A stretch of DNA of 64,000 nt, taken from NCBI GenBank assembly GCA_958009085.1, contig OY253683.1:744001-808000 (forward strand). Direction: 5' to 3'. The notes beneath the pieces were generated by a model. The model saw only the letters and a list, made by a program, of their open reading frames with translations. It was not told where the DNA came from and did no database searches. This DNA comes from Protoeuglena noctilucae (Eukaryota). Every line of letters begins with the position of its first letter. Position 1 is the first letter of the stretch. A program made the position numbers and the translations under genes. Of the stretch, positions 1 through 12,800 are shown piece by piece.

Positions 1-34
1 CACCAACCATTATCCCCATCTATCCCCACCCCAG

Positions 35-760
35 GTTCTGCGGATTAAAAGTGGTTTTGCTGGGCCTGTACAACGGTCAGCGACTGGAGGGTGTGCCTGC
101 GAGTGACGTGGCCTTGTATGCAAGGGAGGGGGAGGACGAGGGGGGGAGGGCCACCTTTGTGAGGGTGCTGCTGGTGCGGTGAGTGGATAGGAGTGGTGGG
201 GGTGGAGTGAGAGGGGCTAGTGATGGGATGGGTGTGTGTTGATGAGGGTGTTGTTGGTGCGGTGAGAGCAGTGCTGGTGGTGGAGTGGAGTGTGGGGGTG
301 GTGATGGGATGGGTCGATGTGTGTGCGGGTGCTGTTGCTGCCGTGAGGGGCAGTGATGGTGGAGTGGAGTGTGGGGGTGGTGTGGGGCTGATAAGATGGG
401 TTTCTGTATGTGTGAGGGTGCTGTTGTTGCAATAAAGTGTCAAACGCCCACCTTTCCCCCCGCGCAGTGGCCGCATGCAGGGGGCGGTGCTGATTGGGGA
501 GACGGGGCTGGAGGAGACCTTCGAGAACCTCATACTGGTGAGGGGATGTGGTCATTTAGATTATGTGAAGTTTTCGATGTTGGTGAGGGGATACGGTGCC
601 TTGTCAGAAGTGATGAAAGACGTCCACGCTCGCTCGATGCTGTGGGGGTTCACCAATCGCTGCGATTACTCGATTATCATCCCAGGACCAGTTGGATCTG
701 ACCGACTACGGCCCGCAGCTGTTGGACCCGGAGTTCGACGTCGACCACCACTTCGACTGA
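35..760 (+). CDS. PYROXD1: 3' end (last three exons 35-178, 468-537, 686-760) of pyridine nucleotide-disulfide oxidoreductase domain-containing protein 1
   Basis: The GT-AG spliced product FCGLKVVLLGLYNGQ...[55 protein letters not shown] matches the characteristic PYROXD1 C-terminus. TGTAA at 899-903 follows the stop. Confidence 0.92.
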
Positions 761-769
761 ATATGACTG

Positions 770-890
770 ACATATGTATGACATGTGATTGTGAGCCATG
801 GTCGATGGTACGGTCGTCACCGACGACTGACTGTGAGTGATGTATGGTATATGACATCTGACTATGAGCCATGGTCGATGGTCACCACTC
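770..890. repeat. Imperfect direct repeat in PYROXD1 3'UTR
   Basis: atgacat(g/c)tga(t/c)t(g/a)tgagccatggtcgatggt occurs twice, at about 778-809 and 851-882. Confidence 0.7.
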
Positions 891-1387
891 GCTTTGATTG
901 TAAGGCGATGCTCCCACATGCCATCTCTTCACATCCATGCAGCTGCCCAAGGCTGCTAGCCTCATCAATCAGCACACTCCCACTCACATTTGCAATCATC
1001 TACCCCAAAGCGCGGTGCGTGCGACACTCAAGTAGAGTAGAAAATGAAAGCAACCGATTTACAAAGAACAGCACATACAGCAAAGCACGTTCTGTAACCT
1101 ACTTCCCAGTCTATGCCAATCCCCGCCAATCCATAGCCCCCCAACACCACCCACCCCACCCCACGCACCCAACCACCCCACTTCACCCCTCCCCCTCGCT
1201 CTCTGCACTGTATAAGCTCCCCATATCCCCACCCATATCCCCACCCTCCTCCACGCTCGCATATATCCCCGAGTCATCCCATGGACTCCCAACATCCCCA
1301 CCACCACCACCACCACCACCACCATGCAAGAGTAACCCCCCCAACCCCCGGCTATGAGGCGACAGTGGCAGCCCACCCCCACCCTTC

Positions 1388-4300
1388 CTATCTCGCAAAC
1401 CCCCCCCCCACCGCCGCTGCCGCCGACGGTGACCAGAACTCGTCTTGATCGTTTTCGACTGCCCCGTTTTCGAATTCCTCATCATAGGGCAAGTCGACTT
1501 CGTCTGCACCCCTTTCGCCACCCCACCCCACCACCCCACGGTCGCCCCCACCCCACTCCCCGCCGCCCACACCACCGAACCGCAGCTGCCGCCGCGCGCT
1601 GTCCGGCCGCCCGCCATCGACGCTGTCACCCGCATCGACGCTTTGGTCCATTCTGGCACCCACTCTGGCATCGATTCTGGCGCCGCCCCCGCCGTCGGAA
1701 ACGGCGACGGGGGAGAGGGACCCGAATTCGCCAATGACAACCCTCGGCTCTGTTTCGAATCCAGTATTCCCCGTCTGGGTATCAACCCCACCCCCACCCC
1801 CACCCCCCGCCTGCCTCCTCATCAGCTCTTGCATCACAGCTCCCCGCATTTGCTGCCCCGCGCTCCGCACCGCCGCTGTCATAGCTGCCTGTTCCCGCCC
1901 CACCCTCGCCTTCCGCCATTCTGCAATGTCGTCCTCAGTCACACAAGACCAGCCGAGCACTGCCGGGGGCACTGGGGCAACTGAGGAGGTGGATGAGGCA
2001 TCCAACGCCCCACCGTCGCTGTCATGCTCACTGTTGGCGTCATCCCCACTGCCACCACCCTCACTGCCACCCTCACTGCTATGCTTGCTGCCACCCCCAC
2101 TCCCACCCCCACTGCCACCACCCTCACTGTCACCCTCGCTGTGACCGTCGTTGCTGGCAGCATAGGAGGCGAGGGGTGGAGCTGGGGAGCTCGGGAGGGG
2201 TGGCGAGGGAGCGGGGGAGAGACTGCGGGAGACGAGAGGGCGAGAGAGCGGTGAGTGGGGTAGAGGAATGAGAGAGCTTGTATTGGCAGCAGAGGTGGAC
2301 GCAAGGGGAGGGTTCAAAGGTAAGGGCAGGCCCACCCACATCACCCACCCCACCTGCACCCTCACCCGCACACATCACCCGCACACCAAACACCCCACCC
2401 GCACCCCACTCACCCGAACTCCGTGCCTCCCCACCCCGACATGGGGCTCGCGGGCGGGTGGCTTTCCAGGGTATGCCCCGCCTTCTTAGCCAATACCGAC
2501 CCATCCCACCACAGCACCTCCACGCCCGCCCCGCCCAGCAACCCCAGATCAAACGGCACTCTCTCCAGCAGAGGATGGGCAGAGAGAGACGCGGCGGTGA
2601 GCGGAGAGTCCTCTGACCTCCCCAGCGCCAGTCCCTCTCGTTTCGCGGTCTCCAGGCGTGAGAGCGACCGTGCAGCTGCCACCGCTTCACGCGACCGCTC
2701 CTGCGATGCCCGCCGCAGTTCCGTGGACCTCCGGTGCTCGGCTCTCGCTGCCTCTACCGGGGAAATCGCAGCGTCGGGCGAAGGGAGGGTCCCTGGGGCA
2801 TCGTGGAAGCTCTGTAAGCTATCGCTCTCCACTGCAGGTGCAGCTGCAGCTGCGGTTGGTGTCGATGTTGTCATGTGAGCCCAATCAGGCGACCCCCCTG
2901 CCCCCGCTGCCACACGCGATGGAACCGCATCCCTACCCACCCCAGCCATACGTGCACCCACACCCACACCCACCCCACGCCCCCCACTGCCGCTGGCCCC
3001 ACCCATGCCCGGGCTGCTCCTCTGCGACGCTGGTGCGTCCCAGGAACGAGAGGCGACTGATGTGATAGAGGTGACGGATGAGGGTGTATCTAGCACGCCC
3101 GAGGGTGAGCCCATCACAGCAGCAGCGGCAGTGGCGGGGGGTGAACTGAATGCTGAGGGCTGCGCTGCAGGCCTCGTGGCGTTGGCTAAGCCAGTCTCGT
3201 GGAGAGCTGGCGGAGTGTTGTCGAATGCCTTGGTGGCATTGGATGGCTGCTTGGGCCCAGCGCCACTGCCACCATTAGTGCCACCCCGACTGCCACTGCC
3301 GCCATGAGTGCCACCCCCACTACCGCTGCCGCCCGCACTGCCAATCCCGTTGGCAGCCCGCCCTGCAGCAGCTGCGTATCCGGTCGCCGCACCGCCACCC
3401 CTGTTTGCTGGCACCGAGCCCTGTCTGCCCGTCAATGCATTCCCAGCCACCGCACCCCTTGCTGCTGGCACAGCGCTCTGGTCAGCCCGCTTGGCTGCGT
3501 CCTGCCTAACTGAACCCGCATCTTTCGTGGCTGTAAGGGAGTCCCCCTGCTTCCCAGCCACCTCCCCAGCCTGCACCCGTGTGCCGTCGCCGCCCACCGC
3601 CGTTGCTGCATAAATAGCGTTGCTGCTGGCGACGGTCGGCGATGCAGACGGGCCCGCTTGCGCGCTCGATTGCAGCGATTGCGGCGATGAGCGAGGTTGC
3701 GAGGGAGAGGTGGCGAGGGCAGGTGGGGTTGCAGGGGCGACAGCTGGGGTTGCGGGGGCAGGCGGGGTGGCGGCAGTGACCGGAGGGGTTTGAGAGGCGG
3801 GTGGCGACGTGACAGCCTCGTCCACTCTGCCACTGCCCACCCCAGGCCTCTCCACCCCACTCGCTACCCTAGCCCCAGCCCCGCCACTGCCACTCTCCAT
3901 CCCAGCCCCTCCCCTGCCACTCCCCACCCCCCCGCCACTCTCCGCCCCCCCGCGCCCCCTGAAGCTCCCCCGCCGTCGCCGGAACGACCTCTGAATGACC
4001 GTGGCCGCCAGCGTGTGCAGCTCCTGCAGCGTCTCTCGCTGCAATGCCGACCGGGTCTGGTGGCCGCGAATGTGGCGTTGGATCGTCACGGCTGCGCGGT
4101 GGCGGGTGGCAGCGGCAGAGGCGGCGGCGGCCCTGCGCTGGGATGCCTCTTGCTCCGCTGCTTTCCTCTTAGCAGCTTCCTGCTCAGCTGCCCGTGCCTT
4201 AGCTGCTTCCTCCTCAGCTGTCCGTTGCTGGGCTGCCTCTTGCTCTGCCTTGCGCTGCCTGGCTGCTTCCTGCTCAGCTGCTCTCCTCTTAGCAGCTTCC

Positions 4301-7300
4301 TCCTCAGCTGCTTTCCGCTTAGCTGCTTCCTCCTCAGCCCGTCGCTTTGCCTCCTCTGCCCCTCGTCTCTTAGCAGCTTCCTGCTCTGCAGCTCTTCTCT
4401 TTGCTGCTTCCTCCGCTGCCCGTCGCTGGGCTGCTTCTTCCTCAGCTGCCCTGCGTTGCCTGGCTGCTTCCTCCTCAGCAGCTCTTCTCTTAGCAGCCTC
4501 TGCCGCTGCCCTTTGCCTAACCACCTCTTCCTCAGCTGCCCTTCTCCTTGCCTCCTCAGCTGCTTTGCTCTTAGCAGCTTCCTCAGCAGCCTTTTTCTTA
4601 GCAGCTTCCTGCTCAGCTGCATTCCTTCTTGCCTCCTCCTCAGCCCTTGTCTTAGCAGCCTCTTGCACAGCAGCCCTGCGTTGCCTGGCAGCTTCCTCCT
4701 CAGCTGCTCTGCGCTTGGCAGCCTCATCCACCACCCTTTCCTCCATACCCTCCCCACCCCTCGCCCCCACACCCGCACCCGCACCGGCACCCTCCCCACC
4801 CCCACCCCCACCCGCACCCATCCCCGCCGCATCCGCCGCCTCCCTCGCCCCACTGCTACCCCGGCTGAGGCTCCGATTCCTCTCCAACCACTCCTCTGCG
4901 CTCCTCCGCACCGACTCCATCGCTCGGTCATTTGGACGCGAATGAGGGCCTAACAGGGATGCCGACGGCCCCGCCAGTCGCGACGATAACGATATCGACG
5001 CCGATGCGGGTGATGACACAGATGCGGATCCCGCTGTTGCACCCGCCAGTGCCGGCTCCGGCCATGCCGTTGCTGCTGCCCCCACATTCGACCCTTCACC
5101 CACCCCCACCGCTGCCCCCGCCCCCCCCGGTCCCGCGGGGCTAGTCCCCGAGAAATCGCGGGTCCGAATCTCCGCGGAGTCTCGCTTTTGGGCCGAGGCG
5201 CCCGGGGGTGCGAACCCGGCGGAGGAGGTCGGGGTGGGGCGCGCGGGGAAGTCGAAGCTCTCTCCCCTCCGTGTGCCGTTGCCGAGACGTGCTGTGGGGG
5301 GAGGGGTGGGAATGGAGGGAGTGAGAGTGAGGGAGTGAAGGTGGGGTTGGGGTTGGAGGTGGCAGCGAGGGGGTGGGGTTGGTTGGGAGGGTGGCAGTGG
5401 GGATGGTGCTGCTGGGGGTTGGGAAGGGGTGAGAGAGCCAACAGGATCGGTAGACAGAGGATATGCATACCATCCATTGACACTGTATGGATAAGGGTTC
5501 GAGTCCCGTCTCACCCGCGACCCGGTCCATGTCCGCCGGCACGCTCCCTGACACGGACACCTCTGACGCCTCCGTCTGCATGAAACACGAGAAGGTCGGG
5601 GTCAGCAGAGGTCGTTCACCCTATTTTACTCTACATAACACACTGCCTGTAACTATCAGCCCACACCCTCCCTGCCACAATCACACCCTACCCCACCCCA
5701 CACCACCACCCCCCACCCCTCACCCTTCCCGAAGGCGACCCCTCCCTGCTCCCCCACCCCAGACTCCCCGAAGCATTGCGGAGGCGCGACAACGGCCGCC
5801 CGCGACCCACCCCGTCACTCCCACGCCTCACACCGCCCCCATGCACCCCCCCATCCCCACCCTCACTTGACCCACTCCCGCTCCCACCACGCACCCCCTC
5901 CCCACGCTCCCCACCAGTCAATCCATGCCTCACATGGTCGTACACCCACTCCGCAACCCCCACACCCCCACCGCTGTGCAACGGGTCATGTTGCGGTGTC
6001 ACATGCACCTCTGCCGCCCCCGCCCCCGCCCCCGCCAGCCCTGGGGTAGTATGCGACGGACTTTGCCCCGTCGCCGCTCCCGGGGTTCGAACCGGAGACG
6101 TCTCGGGCATGGCAGGCAACGGGCTCCTTTCCGCTTCCACCCCCGGGGTTCGATCCGGGTACCACTCAGAGGGTGAGTTGTTGTCACCCTCAGCGTCACC
6201 CTCACCCACCCCGTACCGGACCGCTGCCCGCCCCGCCCCCATTCCCCTAGCCTCCGCAGAGCCACTCAACGACGCGCTTGCCGATGCTAACGCCTCCTTT
6301 GGCCCTTGCGACCCCAAGCCTGGCCCAGGCAACCCCTCCCCACGCCCACTGCCACCCGCCACCCCACCCCCACCCTCGCCCCTCCCAACACCACCCTCTC
6401 CCTTCCCATGCCCTGACTCAACGCCAGTGCCAGAGTCCATCCACGTCCGATCCACCGCCACCATATCCCGTAAAGCCGTCGCCACCCTCGCAAGTAACCC
6501 CACCGCCCGCAATCCCCCACCACCACCCGCACCCGCGCCCGCACTCCCACTCGTACCCGCACCCGCACCGTTGCTACCCCCACTCGCCCCCCGCCCGCTC
6601 CCTGCCCCCCCGCTACCCTCCCTGCCATCCCTGCCATCCCGGGCAGCATCGGATGACTCCCTATCCCCACCCACACCCTCGGCCCCCACGTCTTCTTCCA
6701 CCGTTAACAACCGCGAGCTGCCCACCAGCTTCGGCGGAGCACCCAGCCACATCTCACGAGTGAAGTTACCCTCCCCATACGCTACCCCTGTGTGACCGGG
6801 GTGACCGTCGCTCGGGCCACCCCACCCGTCCCCTGCCCCCGCCATCGCCGCACGTCTCGCTTCGATCCCCAGCGATGTCGCCCCTTCCTCGGCCAAGCTG
6901 ATCTCGTGCCCCAGGTCCCACGGATCCGCGGAAGGGGCGTGGGTGGGGTAATGGGCGGCGTGGGGGCGGGGGCTGGCGGGGGCATAAGGCGACGCGGCTG
7001 CGGGGGAGACGAGAGGGGTGGGGGATGGGTGGGTGGTGGTGGTGGTGCTGCTGCTGGTGGTGGTGGTGGTGTGAACAAACGTGGGGTGGATGGGAGCGCA
7101 CGGACAGAGTAGCGAATGGTCAGTGACGTGGGTGAAATCACAGCGTCAATGCCCAAGTCCACGACATGATGACATGACCATTTCATTACCGCATTCATCC
7201 CCAATCTCCCCTCACCTTCCGGCGTGGCGCTGCCGATGTCCCTGTCGATGCCCCTTCCCGCCCCCACACTGCCCCCACCCACGCTCCTCGCACCCACGCT

Positions 7301-9228
7301 CCCCGCCACCGCCCTCTCTCTCTGCAGAGCCTCTCTCTCAGCCTCTATTTCCATTTCCCTGGCCATCCTTGCGTTCATGCTAGCCGTGGTGTAGGGCAGC
7401 GGGGGCAGGGGCGAGGGCTGGGGGGCGGAGGGGGAGGGTGCGGGGGAGCGGCGGTGGCGATCTTTCTCAGCACGCTCACTGCAATGGGGCGGGGAGCGAC
7501 GAGCGGTGATAATTGGTGACAGTAAGAGTGTCTGCGGATAATAAGACCTGTTTTACTAAATCATGCAGCACATACTTACCTCACCGCATCTCTTGACCAC
7601 CCCACCCGACAACACAACACCCCCACCCATCCCCCTCACCTCTTAATCCGCTCCATGTCCCTCTCCTGTCTCTCCTGCTGTGCCTTCAGCGACTGCAGGT
7701 TTCGGTTCATCTCAGCCAAAGACCTTTGAAGCTCCTCCACCTCAGCGGCCTCCTGGCCGCTACGCGTGCCACTGACACTCGCGGACTCTGGCGGTGGGGT
7801 GCCAGGGGGCCAGCCGGCGTAGGCAGAGGACATGGGGTGCTCTGCGAGGTGAGGCGGGGTTGGGATGGGTGGGTTGGTGTGACGGGGTGAGGGGGGTGGT
7901 GGAGGGGGGTTGAGTGTGAGGTGAGGGACGGTACTATGAGGGGGATTGCGACCATGCAAGGGGTGTTGATTGAGGCAAGCGTGGATGCGACAACACAACA
8001 ACAGACAAGCGGTCGTGTCGCGTGGTTCCCGGACCAAGGCACACAGCACAGCACGATCGCATTCATATATCGTGCCGCGGCCCCTCCCTCGCCCGACTCA
8101 GCCCTCGACCTCAGCCGCCCGCCCCTCGAGGGCCCCCGTCCGATCCCAGCGCCCCCATCGCCGTACCCAAACGCCCTGCCGTCCCCGTCCCTCTCATCTG
8201 CCGCAATCCAGGGCACCACCACCTCGCTCCCTGCCTCCCACCCCAGCCCGCCCACGCGCTCGCCGGGCGGCGTCTGCGGCGTGCGCGCCGCGTAGGGAGA
8301 GTGCGAGGAGTAGGGGGAGTAGGGCGAGTAGGGCGAGGGGGGGGCGGTGGCCGCAGTTAAGCTGAAGGATCGAGGGACCACGGCTGGGCCGGGGGGGGGC
8401 CGCGCCGCGCCCGTGACGCCCGGCACGGATCGCTTCTCTAAGCGCGGTGGGCCGTGCTGGAATGTCGTTTCGGGGCCGTAGCCGCTGGCGGCGGAAGCCC
8501 AGGGGCCCGGACCGCCCTCCGTGGAGGATGGCTGGCGCGACGTGGTGTGGCTGCGCCAGGCGCCGGAGTTGGTGCCGGAGGGACCGAACGTAGACGCTTT
8601 GCGCATCGCCTGCCAGGCAGAGCGGCGCGGCGATGGAGGGCGGAGGGCGGGGCGCGGAAAGCGACAACGGACGTGCGGAGCGGCGCTGGGGCTCACCGGG
8701 GCGTAGCTGCCGAGACGCGGGACCTCGGAGACGGACCCGATGGATCGTGCGGAGGTCACCGAGGGTGCGGAGGGGGCGTAGGGGTTGTAAAGGGGTCCCG
8801 GGCCGGGGCCAGCGTAATCGGGCGCACCATTCGGCCCGCCGCGCGCCCCGGGCTGCGTCCGAAGGTTGAGCGCGCCGACGCTCCCGGTAAAGGAGGGTCT
8901 CGCGGATGGTGTCGCGCTCCCGCCGCGGACCGAAGCGGCCGGGGAATCGTATTCGGTCTTAGAGACGGACCGGGGCGTCCCCGCAAACCACTCCCGCAAG
9001 CGACCGAACCGCGGGGGCTTGCCGGACTCGCTGGAGGCGATCGATCGTTCCGAAGCGCGACGTTCGCTGCGGGAGCGGAGGATGGAGGACGCCTCGGCGG
9101 CCCGAATTGGACGGGCAACGCAGTGCGCTCCCCCAGCAGCCCTGCGCTCACCTCTCCAGCCTCTTCAGCTCCTTTTTCTCAGCCCGCTTCTCCTTGACCT
9201 TCTGGACCATGTCGGAGAAGCGCCCCAT
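1388..9228 (-). CDS. Large multi-exon low-complexity protein with short coiled coil, E/A/K/R single-alpha-helix repeat and two IQ-like motifs
   Basis: ATG at 9228 (MGRFSDMVQKVKEKRAEKKELKRLE) splices in frame to ORF 7707..8999, then to segments of ORFs 7636, 6782, 5688, 5141, 2410 and 1388. The first and last junctions were phase-checked, the internal ones only roughly. IQ-like motifs are AAVTIQRHIRGHQTR and AATVIQRSFRRRR. Confidence 0.6.
4120..4730 (-). repeat. Coding tandem repeat (about 10 aa unit EEAAKRRAAE, roughly 20 copies)
   Basis: Repeated tagcagcttcctcctcagctgc-like units on the + strand, translated in ORF 2410..5514. Confidence 0.9.
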
Positions 9229-9822
9229 CGCGCTAAGGATGTGCGGGCGCCCCGCAAAGGGCCACTGTCATCCGTTGCGCCAACGTCGCTCCCTTGTGCC
9301 CCCTCCCTCCTCACGCCACGATCGAGACCTCTCCGCTACCACCTGAAAGTTATGCGATCCGGCGAAACATCATCCGTCAGCCTCTGGCCGCATCGCCCGC
9401 GAATCAGGGTTCAATTGACGTTGTTACGTTGCGAGAAGAAGCGGCGCGGACAACGCGACGATGCTGCGCGTCGGCGATGCAAGTGGCGATGCGCAAGCTG
9501 CGGTCTGCCCAGGCAGCACGCGCTGGCAGCGAGCTCCGGAAGCCGCGCGGCGCCACTGGCAGGAACGCGCCAGCCAAAGGCAGCCGCAGACGTTTCAGTT
9601 TCCGGTCCGGGTTCATTCTTCAAACACACGTTCACAGAAACGGCATCGCGGGCTCCGGGAGCCACAGCCCGCGCTCTCAAGCCCCGTCACGTGCGTGAAG
9701 TGTGACGGGATGTTCGTGCTCTGAACAAAAGGGGGCTCAGGAAGCGCACAGCATACAGCGGCATCGACAATGGACGTCGCTCGATGTCGCTTGGATCAGA
9801 AACGAACGACGAGCGTGCTCGC

Positions 9823-12800
9823 TCACGACGTGGGGCGTTTCACGCGGGCCCCTGGCGCGAACCACTTGCCAGTCTTGCGTGTCACGTTGTGGGGCTGGGG
9901 AGCCCGGGCGTTCAGCGCGGCGACGCGGGCCTTGAGCTCCGCCGCGGCCTCGGCATTCCCTGCCTGCTCCTCGAGCATCCTGCGAGTGCATGCAAGTTGG
10001 CTCCTGCACGTGCGCCTATGCCAATCCACAGGTCGTCAGCACATCTCCATTCACACAGCCCTCCTCGATTGAGCTCCACAGCTCATCTCCACACACACAG
10101 TCATCCCCAGTCTGCCCCATAAGCCCCACACCCCCACCAGTGCCCACACCACACCCCCGCCAGCACCCACCCAGCACCACCCATCCACGCCCCCTCACCT
10201 GAGCTCGTTCAGCGAGGGGGCGTGGTCCGGCACCACCGCCAGCGCGCGCCCCAGCAGCGCCCGCGCCTCCTCCCCGTCCCCCGCCAGCCGCGCCAGCCTC
10301 GCCGCCGCATTCAACGCCCGCACGTTCCGAGGCTCCGCCGCCACCGCCCGCGCCAGCAGCGCCCGCGCCGCGTCGCCGTCCCCCGCAGCGTGCTCCGCAA
10401 GCCCCCACGCCTGCAGCACAGCCGCGCTGTCGGGCGCCTGCCCGGCTGCCCGCTGGAACAGCGTCCTCGCCGCCGCGAACCGCCCCGCCCGCGCCTCCGC
10501 CACCGCCCACGCCTGCAGCACCACCACGTTGTCCGCCCCCGCCGCCCCCGCGGCCTGCCCGAACAGCCGCCGTGCCTCGCGCATGCGCCCGGCTCGCGCC
10601 TCCAGCCGTCCCCAGGCCTGCAGGGCACTGGCGTTGTTCGGGTCCGCCTCTAAGGCTTTCTGAAACGCCAAACGCGCCCCGTCACCGTCCCTGGACGCCG
10701 CCAGCACGGTCCCCTTCAGCTGGAGCACGCGTGGGTTGCCTGGCGACAGCACCTCCGCCTCGGCCAGCAGGCGCAGGGCGGCGGCCGTGTTGGCGAGCGC
10801 CTGCGAGAGCAACGATGGGAGGGAGATGTGAGATGACATGGCTGAGATGGGTGAGATGCGGAAGGGTGCAAAAGGCCCCACCGCTTGCCAGCGTGAGCGT
10901 CGATCCCTTCACTGCCACTCGCCAGCAATGGCCCAGCAAGGGCATTGTGACCCATAGCGCACATGCATGACTGCAAGTGACACCAAGCATCTCACCTTGA
11001 ACTCCCAATGCGCCCATCGGTGCAGCACCACCGCAGCCGCCGCCCGGGGAATGCCCTCCCCACCCGCCCCCGCCGCCGCCGCGGCCCGACGGAACAGCCG
11101 CCGCGCTGCCGTGTCGTTTCTGGCATCCGCCTCCATCCGGGCCCACGCAGACAGCATCGCACACCACGCGTCTGCCAATGCGTCCGCATCCACCCCCGCC
11201 ACCCCTGCACCAGTACTAGTATCCCCACCCGCCTGCTCCATTCGGTCATCCGCGGCCCGAAACAGCACCCGCGCCACGGCGACGCGCCCCGCCTTCCCCT
11301 CGCGCTCCGCCCACGCCGCCACCGTCGCCGCCCCCACCTCATCATCGCTCTCCTCCCACCCGCACCCGTCCATGCCCCACGCCCCCTCCCACTCCGCGCC
11401 AGACACGTCCCCGCCACCCTCACCCTCGCCCTCCTCCTCCCCCACTGCCACCCCCAGTGCCACCCCCGCCCCCGCCTCATCACCCACCCTCCCCCGTGCA
11501 GCCACAAGCGCCCGTGCCCTCGCCACCTCGTCCGGCCGCTCCGGCGCTTCGTCTCCCCGCAGCGCGACGACGCGGAACGCCAAATCCGCGTCCGCAAACG
11601 CCACCACGTCCCCCGGCCTGACCATGACGTCGTAGTGAGGCCGGATGCGGCCGCGATTGACAAAGGTACCATTGGTAGACCCCAGGTCCGTTACCAGTAG
11701 ATACTGCCGGCCGTCGCGTACCACCGTCTCGAGCCGGGCATGCGCCCCGGACACCACAGGCGCGTCCAGCAGCACGTCGCTGCCCCGCCCCTCCACCGCC
11801 CCCACCACGCAAGGCCCCCGGCGGGGCAGCAAGAGCTCGTTGCCCGGCAGTTGCTGCAGGTGCGCCAGGGTCCCCAGCGGCCGCAGTCCCCACACGGCGG
11901 TCAAGGGCAACCCCCATATCGTGCGCGTGATGAGGTTGTTGAAGCGCGGGCCCTCTTCCCGCTCCGGACTGCCCTCCAGCACATCCCCGCGCTCCGCCCG
12001 CGTGACTTTCGTGGACCGCCGCGCCGACCCCGCGCCCCCCCGGGTCGTGGTCCGTCCCCGCGCCTTGCCCTCCTCCTCCTCAGCGCTCACCGGGACCGGC
12101 ACTGCCACACGCGCCTCCCCCGCACCCCCCTGCGCAGCCCCGGGCACCGTCGACCCATCCTGTGTCGCCACGCCACCCGCGCTCTCGCTCCCGCTGCTCT
12201 CATCCCCACTGCTACCCTCGTCACCACTGCCGTCACTCCCGATCCCCTCAGCGCCCCACTCCCCGCCCTCCCTCAGCATCTGCAACTCCACCTCCACCCC
12301 CTCCCCGTCCACCCACTCCGGGAACGACTCCTCCGATGCTCCCCTATCGATCTCGTCACCAGTCGACAAACCATCGAGTTCGTCCATCGTTGTGGACACC
12401 CCCGTTGCTCCCTCCGCCCCCCTCCCTGCCCCCGCATCCCTCCCAGCCCCCGCGCCCTGCTCCGACCCCGCCTTCCTCGGCCCACGCAACGCCACGTCGG
12501 CCCGCCGCGCCACGGCGCCCTCAGCTGCCAGGGCGGCGGCGTAAGACCGGCCACTGCGGGGCGACGCAAAGCATGCCACGCCACCCCACCGCCGGGCCAG
12601 TCCCGCCCCTCCTTTCGCACGCGACACCCCCGGCGCCATGCGACCGGCCAGCGCCCCCGCTCTCAGCGCACGTGCAGAGCTCCCACTCTCCCCCGCCACC
12701 CCTGCCCCCGCACCACCGCTCTGCCCCTCCGCCCCAGTTGCCACTGCAGAACTCGCCGCCTCCGCCCCCGCCTGCCACGCCCGGCTGCGCAGCGCCTCGC

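Noticed and set aside
899..903. TGTAA as a universal poly(A) signal for all genes
   Set aside because: Present after PYROXD1 and USB1 (41520) but not evident after several other genes; not annotated systematically.
4120..4730. Regular repeats as a CRISPR-like array
   Set aside because: In-frame coding repeats without unique spacers, eukaryotic context and no cas genes.
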